From contig CAVYYI010000003.1 in the NCBI GenBank assembly GCA_963772725.1, positions 96,001 through 160,000 of the forward strand: a DNA stretch of 64,000 bases, given 5' to 3'. Source of the DNA: an uncultured Phycisphaerales bacterium. GTDB lineage: Bacteria > Planctomycetota > Phycisphaerae > Sedimentisphaerales > Anaerobacaceae. Below, piece after piece: positions 23,341-34,165 of this stretch. Position numbers and translations under genes: made by a program. The notes under the pieces are model-generated. The model was not told the origin of the DNA and did no database searches. It saw only the letters and a program-made list of their open reading frames with translations. The stretch's first letter is position 1. Each line of letters begins with the position of its first letter.

Positions 23341-25092
23341 ATGCGGAAAATAATTTTAGCGCTCGTGTATTTGTCGATTTCCGCCCTTTGCGGGGCGGAG
23401 ATAATTACCGTTGATAATGATGCGCCGGCGGATTTTAATAATATTCAGGCGGCGATAGATTCAGCAAATAACGGCGATATTGTTATCATTTCTCCTGGTA
23501 CCTATAGTGGTAATGGTAACAGGGACATAGATTTCAAAGGCAAGGCCATCACGGTTCGTAGCACTGAACCAAACAACCCCAATATTGTGGCTGCGACGAT
23601 TATTGATTGTAATGGCGATTGGTTTGACGAACATCGAGGATTTGTTTTTCATAGCAACGAAGACAGCAATTCCGTCATCAGCGGATTAAGCATAATAAAT
23701 GGTTATAGTGTACCTTTCGAAACTCAGATTGATGGTGTACAAGCTATATTTAATGAGGGTGGTGCTGTTTTTTGTTGTCAAAGCAGCCCTATTATTAAAA
23801 AATGCTTATTTACGAATAATCGCGCTTTACGTGGTGGAGCGATTGGCTGTGAAGTGGATGCAAATGTAACTATTATAGGTTGCGAGATATCAAACAATAT
23901 TGCTCTACTTGACTTTGGAAACGGCGGAGACGGAGGGGGAATACACATACACTACTCAACGGCTATAATTGAGGACTGTTTGATTAGTAATAATCAAGCT
24001 TATGCTGCAGGAGGAGGAATTTATAACATTGGTATCGATGTAAATAGCCTGATATTGAAAAGATGCAAAATAATTAATAATTATGCAAATATTACAGCCA
24101 GTGCTTCTGGGGGTGGAATAATGTGCTATGGCTCAATAAATATTATTGGATGTCTCATTGCAGATAATACATCAAAAAGCTCAGGGGGCGGTCTTCGGCT
24201 TATAAATGAAATTAGTTCAATAAGCGAATGCACAATTGCAGGAAATCGCTCTCAGCACGATATAGGAGGCGGTCTTTGTTTCTCAGGCGATATGTCTATC
24301 AGTAATAGTATTTTCTGGGATAATCTTGCACCAGATGGAAAAGACATAGGCATATACAGTGGGAGCGGTGGTGGGCTGCCTGGTCAAGGGCATATTTCTA
24401 CTTTTAAAGTATCCTACAGCGACATCAAAAATGGTCAATCCGGGATATATATTATTGGTGATTCTAATTGGCTTGCCCTGGACTGGGGGATTGGCAATAT
24501 TGATACTGACCCATGTTTTGGCAATTTATTAAACGGTGACTTTCAATTATGCTCATCGGCTGGGCGATACGATTCTAATATTTATAAAAAAAGCGACTTA
24601 AATGGAGATGAAATTGTAAATTTATATGATTTTGCCATTTTTGCAGACTTCTGGAATCTTGCTGATTCAAATTTACCAGCCGACCTTGATTATGATGGCC
24701 AAGTTGGTATTGCCGATCTTGACATATTTGCTGAAAAATTCCTTACCAGAGGTAATTCTGGCGGATGGGTATATGATACTGTAACCAGCCCATGCATAGA
24801 TGCGGGTAATCCGGGAAGTCCTGTGGGCAGTGAACCTTTACCTAACGGGAATCGAATCAATATGGGCGCTTATGGCGGGACGGCTACAGCGAGCAAATCG
24901 CCTGCCAACTGGCGAAGCATTGCCGACCTGAATAACGATGATAATGTGGACAGGCTGGATTTGGCGGCTTTTGCGAGTTTCTGGCTGGATAGCGATTTCG
25001 AACTGCTCGCGGATATGAATCGTGATGGAGTAGTCGATTTCGCCGATTTTGCTATTTTAGCGCAGGATTGGCTGTGGCAAAAAAATATTTAA
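23341..25092 (+). CDS. Secreted parallel beta-helix repeat protein with two dockerin/EF-hand-like modules
   Basis: Signal peptide, NIQAAID, repeated N.A..GG(A/G)I motifs, SPCIDAG, RINMGAYGGT, four D(L/M)(N/D)xDxxV repeats. Confidence 0.85.
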   Translation: MRKIILALVYLSISALCGAEIITVDNDAPADFNNIQAAIDSANNGDIVIISPGTYSGNGNRDIDFKGKAITVRSTEPNNPNIVAATIIDCNGDWFDEHRGFVFHSNEDSNSVISGLSIINGYSVPFETQIDGVQAIFNEGGAVFCCQSSPIIKKCLFTNNRALRGGAIGCEVDANVTIIGCEISNNIALLDFGNGGDGGGIHIHYSTAIIEDCLISNNQAYAAGGGIYNIGIDVNSLILKRCKIINNYANITASASGGGIMCYGSINIIGCLIADNTSKSSGGGLRLINEISSISECTIAGNRSQHDIGGGLCFSGDMSISNSIFWDNLAPDGKDIGIYSGSGGGLPGQGHISTFKVSYSDIKNGQSGIYIIGDSNWLALDWGIGNIDTDPCFGNLLNGDFQLCSSAGRYDSNIYKKSDLNGDEIVNLYDFAIFADFWNLADSNLPADLDYDGQVGIADLDIFAEKFLTRGNSGGWVYDTVTSPCIDAGNPGSPVGSEPLPNGNRINMGAYGGTATASKSPANWRSIADLNNDDNVDRLDLAAFASFWLDSDFELLADMNRDGVVDFADFAILAQDWLWQKNI

Positions 25093-25255
25093 CAACGAAT
25101 TAATACGAATAAACACAAAAATTATTAACCGCAAGGACACAGAGTTCGCAGAGATTTTTCAATCGGAAATCTAAAATCCAACATTGTTTTCACGTTTATG
25201 GATAGATAAATTTTTGTCTTGAATAATACATATTGAATTTGTAGTCTGTTCGGCT

Positions 25256-27822
25256 ATGGATAATATACGGCGGAAATTGGAAGTGATTGACTCGCAACTG
25301 GGCGGGGGAAAAGATTTTCACGGCTGGATTTCAAGAACGGCTCCCCTGCTGTTTACGGGCGTCGGATTAATCTTAGGTATTCTGATACAATATTCAATAA
25401 GTGCGCCGATGTATGTCTGGCTGGCGATACTTGGTATTTGCGCGGTCGGGGCATTGGTGCTGTTTTTCGGGAAGAGAACAGAGAACAAAAGCCCGCAACT
25501 CGGCTGTTTAGCGTTCGTGTGTTTTGTATGCCTTGGGGCAATTCGTATGACAAGTTATTCGCATATCGGCCCTAATGATATAGCCAATTTTGTCGGCGAG
25601 GAACGCAGACTGGCGAGCGTTCGCGGGATAATCGCTACCGAGCCTTATGTTAAAGACAACAATGACTGGGCATTCGGACGGTTTAAGCCTAATGACCCGC
25701 AGACAAGTTTTTATCTGAAGGTAAAAGAGGTCGAGGCGGTCAACGGGTGGGTAAGGGCAGAGGGTCTTTTGCGGGTGCAGGTCAATGAGCCGGTAAAAGA
25801 CCTTAAGTTCGGCGATTTTATAATGATGTACTGCTGGCTGGAACGATTCAACGGGCCGGGAAATCCGGGACAATTCGATATGGCAAAATATCTGGCCAGA
25901 AAAAACGCTTTTGTTGGAGCATCGGTCGATATGCGGGATGGCATCGAAGTTCTGGACGGCGGTACGGCAGGACTGTGGAGAAAATTGCACAGAAGATTGA
26001 AAAATATAGCGGTGGAGGCGGCGGTTGGTGAGGCACCGGTGGAAGAATCGGGTAAAGGACTGCTGGAGGCGTTATTGCTCGGATACCGCTCAAATATGGG
26101 CAGCGGGACATTTGAGGCGTTTCGCGAGACTGGACTTGCGCATTTTATATGTCTGTCGGGGTTTAATTTCGCGATTCTGATTGGGGTAGTGTGGTGGCTG
26201 TGCAAGACCATCGGCCTGAGAAGAAAGATGGGGGCGGCGGTGTGTATGTTTGCAGCCATACTATTTCTATTAGTTATTCCTCCGCAGGCGCGGCGCTGCG
26301 TGCTGCAGTTATATGTTTTGTCTTCTGCATGTCGTTTTTCTTTCAGCGGAGTCCCAATTCGCTCAATTCGCTATCACTGGCGGCGATGATTCTGCTTCTC
26401 ATAAGGCCGACTGAATTGTTCGAGGTTGACTGGCAATTATCGTTCGCGTCGGTATTGGGGATATTATTATTTACAGAGCGGATACATTTTTTCCTGTACG
26501 AAAAGATAACAGGACAATCATGGTTCAGGAAAAAACCGATGACCAGGCCTTTCTTCAGGATAGTCCCCCGTCTGGGGCCAGGATTATTGAACGTGTTTTC
26601 AGTGGGCCTGGCGGCATGGGCAGGCAGCGCGGGTATTATCCTGTATCACTTTTATACGATTAACTGGTTAGTGAGCATCTGGACTTTGCTTGTGTCGCCC
26701 CTGATAACGGCAATTTCGATTATCGGGTATCTGAAAATTTTAGCAGCTTTTGTCTTGCCGAGCGTCGCCAATATTATGGGAGTAGTCGCGATAAAATTAT
26801 GCAATATTTTGATTTGGATTATCCGATACGTAGCCAGTTGGAATATATCGGATATACTGATGGGCAATGTTCCGATTACGGTAATTATCCTGTACTATGC
26901 CGCAATAATGTATGCGGCTTTTGGGGGGTTTAAGCGGCCTCTAATCAAGAAAGTGATATTGGTGTCAGCAGTTTCGGTAATAGTAATTTTTATCGGCACA
27001 TTAAAATGGCAGCGAACTTATCGTGACAGCCTTATCGTAAATGTTCTCGATGTTGGGCATGGTCAGGCGATACTGGCACAGATGCCGGGAAAGGCAAATA
27101 TATTATTTGACGCAGGCTCAATGTTTTACAGCGATATAGGGAGAAAGGCGGTACTGCCTTTTTTGAGTTATAACGGAATCAGCCGAACGGATGCGATTGT
27201 TATAAGTCATAACGACACGGACCATATTAACGGGATACCGGAGATTGCCGAAGGCTGCAAAGTTGGTGCGGTTTATGCCAACTGCGAATTTTTTAATAAG
27301 AAAAAAGACACCTCAGAATTTCTGAATGACTTTTTGAAAACCAGGAATCTAACCATAAAACTTTTGGAAACAAAAATGAATATAAACAGCCAAGCGAAGA
27401 TAAAGGCGCTTTGGCCTGTGGCGCAAGATGCTGAAAATAAAATGAAGGATAATGACCTGTCGGCGGTTGTGCTGATAGAATTCGGAGGCAGGAGAGTACT
27501 TTTGTGCTCAGACATTGAAAAGGCGGCACAGAGTGAATTACTGCGATTATATCCTGATTTGAAAGTCGATGTTTTGATAGTGCCTCATCATGGCTCGGTA
27601 AAAACAACAGATGCCGACTTCCTAAAAAAACTTGGTGCAAAGATTCTGGTTTACAGTTGCGCACGCAGGGAATATAGCATTGGGCGGTTAATTTCGCCGA
27701 CGAATAACACAGAGGATTTTTATACTCCGAGAGACGGATGTGTTACTGTTCACATTAACAAAAATGGAAAGATAACAACAGATACGTTCCTGACGCGGGC
27801 TGAAAGAAATATTAAAAAGTAA
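25256..27822 (+). CDS. comEC: ComEC/Rec2 DNA uptake channel with metallo-beta-lactamase domain (frameshift near 26290)
   Basis: NPGQFD, TGLAHFICLSGFN, LRAAVI, QLSFASV, LDVGHGQA, SHNDTDHING, PHHGS. Confidence 0.93.
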
Positions 27823-27826
27823 ACAA

Positions 27827-27858
27827 AACAGCCCTTACTGTTTCGTGTAAGGGCTGTT
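27827..27858. terminator. Hairpin between convergent comEC and ompA-like genes
   Basis: AACAGCCCTTAC-8 nt-GTAAGGGCTGTT perfect 12-bp stem. Confidence 0.8.
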
Positions 27859-27869
27859 GAAATTCAATC

Positions 27870-28549
27870 TTACTCAGCGATGGTGGTTGGGTTTTTGATA
27901 TGGACAACAATTTCGGCCCTGCGGTTCTTGGCCTTTCCGCTCGCGGTGGTATTTGGAGCGACAGGATTGCTTTCCCCGCAGGCTATTGACCTGATATTAT
28001 TTTCAGGAATACCTTTTTTAATGAGGTATCGCTCAACATTCATAGCCCGTTCTGAAGAAAGCTCAAGTTGTCCGCCCACTTCGATTTCTGGATAGGGTCG
28101 CTATCAGTATAACCGATAACATCTATGTGTTTGCCCTTATATTTGCTGTCGAGAACGGAGTAAATGTGGTCAAGGGTAGAGTTGGTTTTGCTCTTTAGTT
28201 TTGCCTCACCGGAATTAAACAGAATATCGTTCTGGACGGTAACAGTAATAGTTCCAGCGAGAGGGTCGAATTTTACATTCGCATCTTTGCCGAACCCGGT
28301 AACCTCGCCGGCATTCTGTTTCATCTCGTTAATTTTTTTATTAAGTTCGTCTATTGTCTGCTGGCTCTGGGAGAGCTGTTCGTTCAGCTTGCCCTTCTCG
28401 CCCTGTTCGTAAGTCATCCTACCCTCGAGATTTTTGCTTTCCACTTCAAGATTCTGGTATTTTTTCTTCCAGTTTGTACAGCCCGGCAAAATGGTAAGAC
28501 CAATAAGCACAATCAACATTACAATTACATGTTTGCTTCCTGCGTTCAT
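27870..28549 (-). CDS. OmpA/MotB family lipoprotein (frameshift near 28070)
   Basis: Lipobox LPGC, coiled coil, ILFNSG, GYTDSDPI, LSSERA, NRRAEI. Confidence 0.9.
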
Positions 28550-28593
28550 TTTAAATCTCCTTTTTTTTATAAATAAAATTTACGTTTTTACAC

Positions 28594-29748
28594 TCACCTG
28601 TTAAACATCAGTATCCAATAGCTGAAAATACGGTCATGTAGAATCATAACAATAAGGACGCCCAAAGACAAGAAGGGACCATAAGGAATTTGACGAATTT
28701 TTTTAAATATCATCTGGATGGCCGCCCATGCCAAGCCAAAGAACGGGGCGATGAAAAAGGCCACCACAACAAACAGCGGGCCGATGACAGCGCCTGCCGC
28801 GCCCATTAAATGCACATCTCCGAGGCCCATCGCCTCTTTTCCGAAGGCCAGCGTACCGAAGATTCTTGCCCCCCAGACAATGCCGCAGCCGATAAAGTAT
28901 CCCCAAAGACTGCCCATAAATCCGGCAATGACAGGCTTTTGTGAAAAATTCACCCACCAATTGTGAAAATCGGGGCTGATATTGCTGATTTTATAGGCGG
29001 CCAGAGAACAAATAATGACGGGCAGAAGAAAGATAATTTCCCTAAGCATTTCGATGCGATGGTTGAATTTTCCGTCATCCTGCGGTTCTCCCTGCATTTC
29101 AGAGGTTTGCTGGGATTGTGACTGATAACTTCTTTTAATCACACCAGTTATGAGCAGGCAATACGAAATGGCCAAACCAATGGCAGCTCCAAGAGCGAGG
29201 ATAGCGGCAGAAGCGTCGGCAGCAGGTAACAGATAGTTCTGGCTGATATTCGCTGGATTAATTATATAAGCGCCGGCGGCAGAAAAAGCCAGCCCCACAA
29301 CTGTAACAAACCAGCAGATGGACAAAGGTATAATCCACAGTTCGAGGTCTATGGCCGATGCGGCGACAAAAGCTGCCAGAAGAATTAAATGGAGAAGATA
29401 AATAAACCAGCCCCCCTGCATAAAAGGCACGAGGCCTGGCCGGAGATTTGTATAAAAATATGCGTAAAAAAGGCCCGCAAACATAAAGCCTGTCAGTAAT
29501 TCAATAATAAAATATCTGGGTGAGATGGGTGCCTTACAATGTCTGCATCTTCCACCGAGGAGCAGCCATGAGAAAAGGGGAATATTATCGTAAAAACGGA
29601 TGCCGCTGCCGCAGGACGGACACGCGGAGGGCGGAGTAACAATGGATTTATCTCTCGGCAAACGATAGATAACGACATTGAGGAAACTGCCTATACAGCA
29701 GCCAAAGGTAAAAATAAAAGCAAACCAAATCCAAATAGGTACCGCCAC
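28594..29748 (-). CDS. pilD: Prepilin peptidase (A24)
   Basis: [12 protein letters not shown], two CxxC pairs, DNIP..SW, AMGLGDV, IPYGPFL. Confidence 0.95.
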   Translation of the reverse strand: MAVPIWIWFAFIFTFGCCIGSFLNVVIYRLPRDKSIVTPPSACPSCGSGIRFYDNIPLFSWLLLGGRCRHCKAPISPRYFIIELLTGFMFAGLFYAYFYTNLRPGLVPFMQGGWFIYLLHLILLAAFVAASAIDLELWIIPLSICWFVTVVGLAFSAAGAYIINPANISQNYLLPAADASAAILALGAAIGLAISYCLLITGVIKRSYQSQSQQTSEMQGEPQDDGKFNHRIEMLREIIFLLPVIICSLAAYKISNISPDFHNWWVNFSQKPVIAGFMGSLWGYFIGCGIVWGARIFGTLAFGKEAMGLGDVHLMGAAGAVIGPLFVVVAFFIAPFFGLAWAAIQMIFKKIRQIPYGPFLSLGVLIVMILHDRIFSYWILMFNR

Positions 29749-29927
29749 AACGCCTCCTTTGCGTAACAGGCTTACTTTATTCTCAAACCAATAATATTTT
29801 TATATCACCATTAATAAGTATATCGGGTTCGGCAAAGATAGCAAGAAAGTAATTCATTGACTCGGTTTGAAAATCTCAAGCAAATCCGAAACATTAAACA
29901 ATGACATTTTATTAGTGCATTGTCTCT

Positions 29928-30581
29928 TCAACGAACTATGGATAACGAGCTCCAAACAAATCTGCTATTCAATTTTTCGATGATATTTATAATTTTTTTA
30001 GCGGTGGCGGCTTTGGGGGCAAGCGGGAGTTTGAGCCAGTCTGAGCCGGGGGTTTTGAATTCAACGCTGGAGGCATCAGCCCCAATGGCCGCGGGGGTGT
30101 TGGCGATTATCATATCGAGATTTTTTTCGCGTAATTTCTTTTCAGCGTTGGGCTTAACGTGTCTATCCTCAAGGGCGAACCCGACGACAATTTGATTCTT
30201 TTTATGCAGGCCGGCCCACTTGAGGATGTCGGCGGTGGGCTTTAATTTTATGGTCATCAATTGGCTGCTCTTTTTAATTTTGGTCTTGGAGGGATTAGCA
30301 ACGGTGTAATCCGAGACAGCGGCTGTCATTATCAGGCAGTCGCATTTGGGGAACTGCTTTTTCACCGCTAAAAACATCTCTTTTGCGGTTTTTACATCAA
30401 TAACGCTGGTTTTATCGGGCTTTTTAAGGTTTGTCGGCGCGGTTATCAGGGTAATTTTATGCCCCGCTTTAACGGCGGCAACAGCAAGCGCATAACCCAT
30501 TTTTCCGCTGCCGGCATTAGAAATGAACCGCACAGGGTCAATATATTCCCTCGTCCCGCCTGCTGTAATTAAAAAATGCAT
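29928..30581 (-). CDS. coaB: Phosphopantothenate-cysteine ligase (stand-alone CoaB)
   Basis: ITAGGTREYIDPVRFISN..SGKMG, AAVSDY, VGFALE. Confidence 0.93.
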   Translation of the reverse strand: MHFLITAGGTREYIDPVRFISNAGSGKMGYALAVAAVKAGHKITLITAPTNLKKPDKTSVIDVKTAKEMFLAVKKQFPKCDCLIMTAAVSDYTVANPSKTKIKKSSQLMTIKLKPTADILKWAGLHKKNQIVVGFALEDRHVKPNAEKKLREKNLDMIIANTPAAIGADASSVEFKTPGSDWLKLPLAPKAATAKKIINIIEKLNSRFVWSSLSIVR

Positions 30582-30589
30582 TTTCCCGT

Positions 30590-31171
30590 TTATTCACGCT
30601 GTTTTAGAGTCGCAGCGATTTTTATTATTTCCGCTAAAATATCCTGCGGCTCAGACATTCTGCCGATAGCGTCGGTGCCGCAGGCCAGTCTCCCCTTTTC
30701 GGGGCCGATGAAGGCGCCGCCCATTTCTTTTACGGTTTTGACGTTTCGCTGGACGGCTGGGTTGTGCCACATATTGTCGTTCATCGCCGGGGCTATGAGC
30801 ATTGGCTTATTCCAGCAGACGCAAAGAACCGTGCTGAGCAAATCGTCGCAGATGCCGTTAGCCATTTTGCCGATGATGTTGGCAGTCGCTGGTACGACGA
30901 CGATTATGTCTGCCCACTCGACTAATTTGACGTGGCTAATTTGAAACTGCTCGGAGGCGGTCCACATCGTAGTAAACACGGCTGAGGCGGTAACGGCCTC
31001 AAAGCTTTTGGGGCCAACCAGTTGGCAGGCCGATTCGGTCATAATGGTGTTTAGTTTGGCCCCGGCGGCGGTGAGCTTACTTGCCAAATCAACGGCTTTG
31101 TAAGCGGCAACCCCGCCGCTAACACCGAGCAATACCTTCAAACCTTCAAGATTTGATTCTTTGCTTAACAT
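30590..31171 (-). CDS. coaC: Phosphopantothenoylcysteine decarboxylase (stand-alone CoaC)
   Basis: GVSGGVAAYKA, PATANIIGKMANGICDD, APAMN, GRLACG. Confidence 0.93.
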   Translation of the reverse strand: MLSKESNLEGLKVLLGVSGGVAAYKAVDLASKLTAAGAKLNTIMTESACQLVGPKSFEAVTASAVFTTMWTASEQFQISHVKLVEWADIIVVVPATANIIGKMANGICDDLLSTVLCVCWNKPMLIAPAMNDNMWHNPAVQRNVKTVKEMGGAFIGPEKGRLACGTDAIGRMSEPQDILAEIIKIAATLKQRE

Positions 31172-31174
31172 CGG

Positions 31175-31405
31175 TTATTTCATCTTACCAGAAGGAGCCG
31201 TATCGCTTGTGCCGTAGTCGATGGTAATCTTGTCCTGTTTAATTTCCTCGATGACAATCTCGAGCTGGGTCTTACCCTCAGTATCCTCGATAAGCGGACG
31301 CGAACCCGTAAGTAGTTCCTGAAGGCGCTTTTGAACCAGCGCAGTCAATTTGAATCTTCCGCCAACCTTGTTGGCAATTTCTTTACCTTTTAGGTCTTCT
31401 ATCAT
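31175..31405 (-). CDS. rpoZ: RNA polymerase omega subunit
   Basis: KVGGRFKLTALVQKRL; position between gmk and coaC. Confidence 0.9.
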   Translation of the reverse strand: MIEDLKGKEIANKVGGRFKLTALVQKRLQELLTGSRPLIEDTEGKTQLEIVIEEIKQDKITIDYGTSDTAPSGKMK

Positions 31406-31408
31406 TAT

Positions 31409-31984
31409 TTATCTCCGACAATTCTCAATTACATGGATAACCTCGTTCACTGTATGTTCAAGGTCATCGTTTACAATTTTATATTCATAACAGTTTTCGG
31501 CGGCCTTTATTTCCGCCATCGCACCGTCGAGGCGTTTTTTAACAATATCGGCGGTGTCTCTTTTTCTTCCACTTATACGCTTTACAAGCTCACTATTGTT
31601 CGGCGGTAAAATAAAAATCATTACTGCGTCGGGGCATTTAGCCTTTATCATTTTGCCGCCCTGGACGTCAATTTCCAGAATAACGGTTTTGCCATGATTT
31701 AACGCCTGGTCAACTTTTTCTTTGGGCGTTCCGTAAAAATTTCCGAACACCTCGGCGCATTCGAGCAGCAGGTCATTTTTTACCCTGCTGGCAAACTCGT
31801 CTTTGGTTATAAACCAGTAATCTTTGCCGTCAACTTCTGCGGCAGATTTCGGTCTTGTCGTAACCGAAACGCTAAGATAAGCATCGCTCAGCCTTTTAAC
31901 GACCGCCCTGCAAATGGTACTTTTGCCCACACCGGAAGGCCCGCTAATTACCACCACTTTCCCTTTTTTCGTTTCCGCGGTCAT
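31409..31984 (-). CDS. gmk: Guanylate kinase
   Basis: SGPSGVGKST, SVTTR, GNFYGT, LEIDVQG. Confidence 0.96.
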   Translation of the reverse strand: MTAETKKGKVVVISGPSGVGKSTICRAVVKRLSDAYLSVSVTTRPKSAAEVDGKDYWFITKDEFASRVKNDLLLECAEVFGNFYGTPKEKVDQALNHGKTVILEIDVQGGKMIKAKCPDAVMIFILPPNNSELVKRISGRKRDTADIVKKRLDGAMAEIKAAENCYEYKIVNDDLEHTVNEVIHVIENCRR

Positions 31985-31992
31985 CGGTGTTT

Positions 31993-32880
31993 TTATTCTA
32001 CGTTTTGAACCTGCTCTTTTATTCGTTCAATTTGACACTTCATATCAACGACAAGATGTATAATTTCAGTATCGGAAGCCTTGCTGGCAATGGTATTAGC
32101 TTCGCGGAGCATTTCCTGTGTGAGAAAATCGAGCCTTCGCCCCGCCGCATGGCCGTCGGTTCGGCAGCTATCGGCGAACTGGTCGAGATGCGATTCCAGC
32201 CTGGTCAACTCTTCAGAAATATCCGAGCGGTCAGCGTAAACCGCCACTTCCCTGGCGAGGACTTCTTCATTGAGGTTAAGTTTGGCTTCTATCAGCAGTT
32301 CGTCAACTCGTTTTTTAAGTTTTTTCTGATACTCCTGCAAAGCGGTTCCGACACGGGCTTTTATGAGGTCGATGTTCTTTTTCATCACATCGCAATAGCC
32401 CATTAAATCGGCTGCGAGAGCGGCACCTTCGGCGGTACGCATTTGCTTAAGCCTTTGCAGCGCCTTTTCAGTAATCTTGAGAATTATTCCTTTGAGCTGC
32501 TCGGCCTTTTGTTTATCCGGAGAAACGGGCTGAATAACACCGGGCAGATTAAGCAGGCCGCTCAAATCTATATGACATGGGGCCTTTGCCGATGAGCTTA
32601 CCCTGCTTAGTTTGTCAATGTACACAAGGAGCGATTTTTCATCAATATTAAACAATACGTCAGCGGTAATATTCTTAAGCTCAAGAGTACAATCAATCAT
32701 TCCTCGGACGAGATTTTTCCGCAGAAGCTGCTCGATATCCGTTTCAAGATAGGCAATGGTATCAGGCAGTTTTACTCTCGCCTTGAAATACCGGCCATTA
32801 AGCGCTTTAATTTCGACGGCGTAAGTTATACCGCTGAATTGTCCTTCGGCCTCTCCATAACCGGTCATACTGTTTATCAT
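31993..32880 (-). CDS. yicC: YicC/YloC family endoribonuclease
   Basis: MINSMTGYG, DISEELTRLESH, GRRLDFLTQEMLREANT, EQVQNVE. Confidence 0.95.
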   Translation of the reverse strand: MINSMTGYGEAEGQFSGITYAVEIKALNGRYFKARVKLPDTIAYLETDIEQLLRKNLVRGMIDCTLELKNITADVLFNIDEKSLLVYIDKLSRVSSSAKAPCHIDLSGLLNLPGVIQPVSPDKQKAEQLKGIILKITEKALQRLKQMRTAEGAALAADLMGYCDVMKKNIDLIKARVGTALQEYQKKLKKRVDELLIEAKLNLNEEVLAREVAVYADRSDISEELTRLESHLDQFADSCRTDGHAAGRRLDFLTQEMLREANTIASKASDTEIIHLVVDMKCQIERIKEQVQNVE

Positions 32881-32922
32881 ATTGATTTCCTAATAACCCC
32901 CCGATAAATCGAGGGTGAACTA

Positions 32923-33321
32923 TTATTTATTTGTGTCTGTGGTTGTGTTGTCAGTAGGTGCTGGAACTGCGGGAACAACAGGCTTAGGCTGAGGCTGCGG
33001 TTGCGGCTGCTCCATAGGTACGGTCGTTTCCTGCGTTTCGCCAAAATTGCTGACCGTAGGCCTGTAAAATTTAGCCATTATTACCGCAAGAATCAAAAAC
33101 AGGCTGACCAGCGAAATTGTAAACCACGTCAAAAAATCGCCTGTCTTTGCGCCAAGAATGCCGCTTGCCATACCACCGGCAAGGGCGCCGCTGAGGCCGC
33201 CTCCTTTGCCCTTTTGAATCAGGACGATGAGAATCAGCGATAAAGCACTGAGAACAAAAAGAACTGCGATAGCTTTCATTATGAAACCTACTGCCAACAG
33301 CGGTATAAAAGTCATTTCCAT
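32923..33321 (-). CDS. secG: Preprotein translocase subunit SecG
   Basis: LIVLIQKGKGGGLSGALAGG between two TM helices; downstream of tpiA. Confidence 0.9.
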   Translation of the reverse strand: MEMTFIPLLAVGFIMKAIAVLFVLSALSLILIVLIQKGKGGGLSGALAGGMASGILGAKTGDFLTWFTISLVSLFLILAVIMAKFYRPTVSNFGETQETTVPMEQPQPQPQPKPVVPAVPAPTDNTTTDTNK

Positions 33322-33376
33322 TTTCCTTTCTGATTATATTTCAATAAGCCCGTTTATTTTTTTACATTATTAACAA

Positions 33377-34138
33377 TTATTTTGCGGCTTTAATTATCGC
33401 GAGAAAATCCTCGGCTTTGAGGCTGGCGCCACCAACCAGCAGACCGTCAATATCTTTTTGCGCCATAAGCTCTGCCGCGTTATCCGGTTTGACTGAACCG
33501 CCGTACTGAATGCGGATGCCATCAGCCAATTCACCGCTGTACATCTCTGCAAGAAGGTTCCTGATAAAAGCGTGAACTTCCTGAGCCTGCTGAGGCGTGG
33601 CGGTGAGGCCTGTGCCGATAGCCCAGACCGGCTCATAAGCTATTGTTACTGCTTCGACCTTTTCGCTGGCAAGGCCGGCCAAACCCTTTTTTAACTGCCT
33701 GGTAACAACGGACTGGGTTTTTGAAGCCTTACGTTCCTCAATCAGTTCGCCAACGCAAAGAATGGGTAAAAGTCCGCCTGATATCGCGGCGTGAACTTTT
33801 CTATTTATCAGGTCGTCGGTCTCGCCGATAACATGGCGTCGTTCCGAATGACCGCACAAGACATACGCACAGCCAAGGTCTTTGAGCATCGGCGCACTTA
33901 TTTCACCCGTAAAAGCGCCTTTTTGTTCATAATACATATCCTGCGCACCTACGGCGACGCTGGTGGTACTCAGGGCAGCTATCACAGTCTGTAAATATAC
34001 AAATGGAGGACATACAGCAACATCAACAACATGTCCCGCGATATCAGAGGCTCCATCGGCAATACTTTTTGCCAGCAATACGCTGCTGTGACTGTCGGTA
34101 TTCATCTTCCAGTTGCCTGCCACGAACGGCTTTCTCAT
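33377..34138 (-). CDS. tpiA: Triosephosphate isomerase
   Basis: AGNWKMN, GHSERR, AYEPVWAIGTG, YGGSV, LVGGASL. Confidence 0.98.
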   Translation of the reverse strand: MRKPFVAGNWKMNTDSHSSVLLAKSIADGASDIAGHVVDVAVCPPFVYLQTVIAALSTTSVAVGAQDMYYEQKGAFTGEISAPMLKDLGCAYVLCGHSERRHVIGETDDLINRKVHAAISGGLLPILCVGELIEERKASKTQSVVTRQLKKGLAGLASEKVEAVTIAYEPVWAIGTGLTATPQQAQEVHAFIRNLLAEMYSGELADGIRIQYGGSVKPDNAAELMAQKDIDGLLVGGASLKAEDFLAIIKAAK

Positions 34139-34165
34139 AAAAAATCTCCAAAAATAAAATTATAA

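Noticed and set aside
29928..31171. coaBC split as a possible frameshift artefact or novelty
   Set aside because: Each half has its own start and stop at the domain boundary; split coaC/coaB is known in several lineages.
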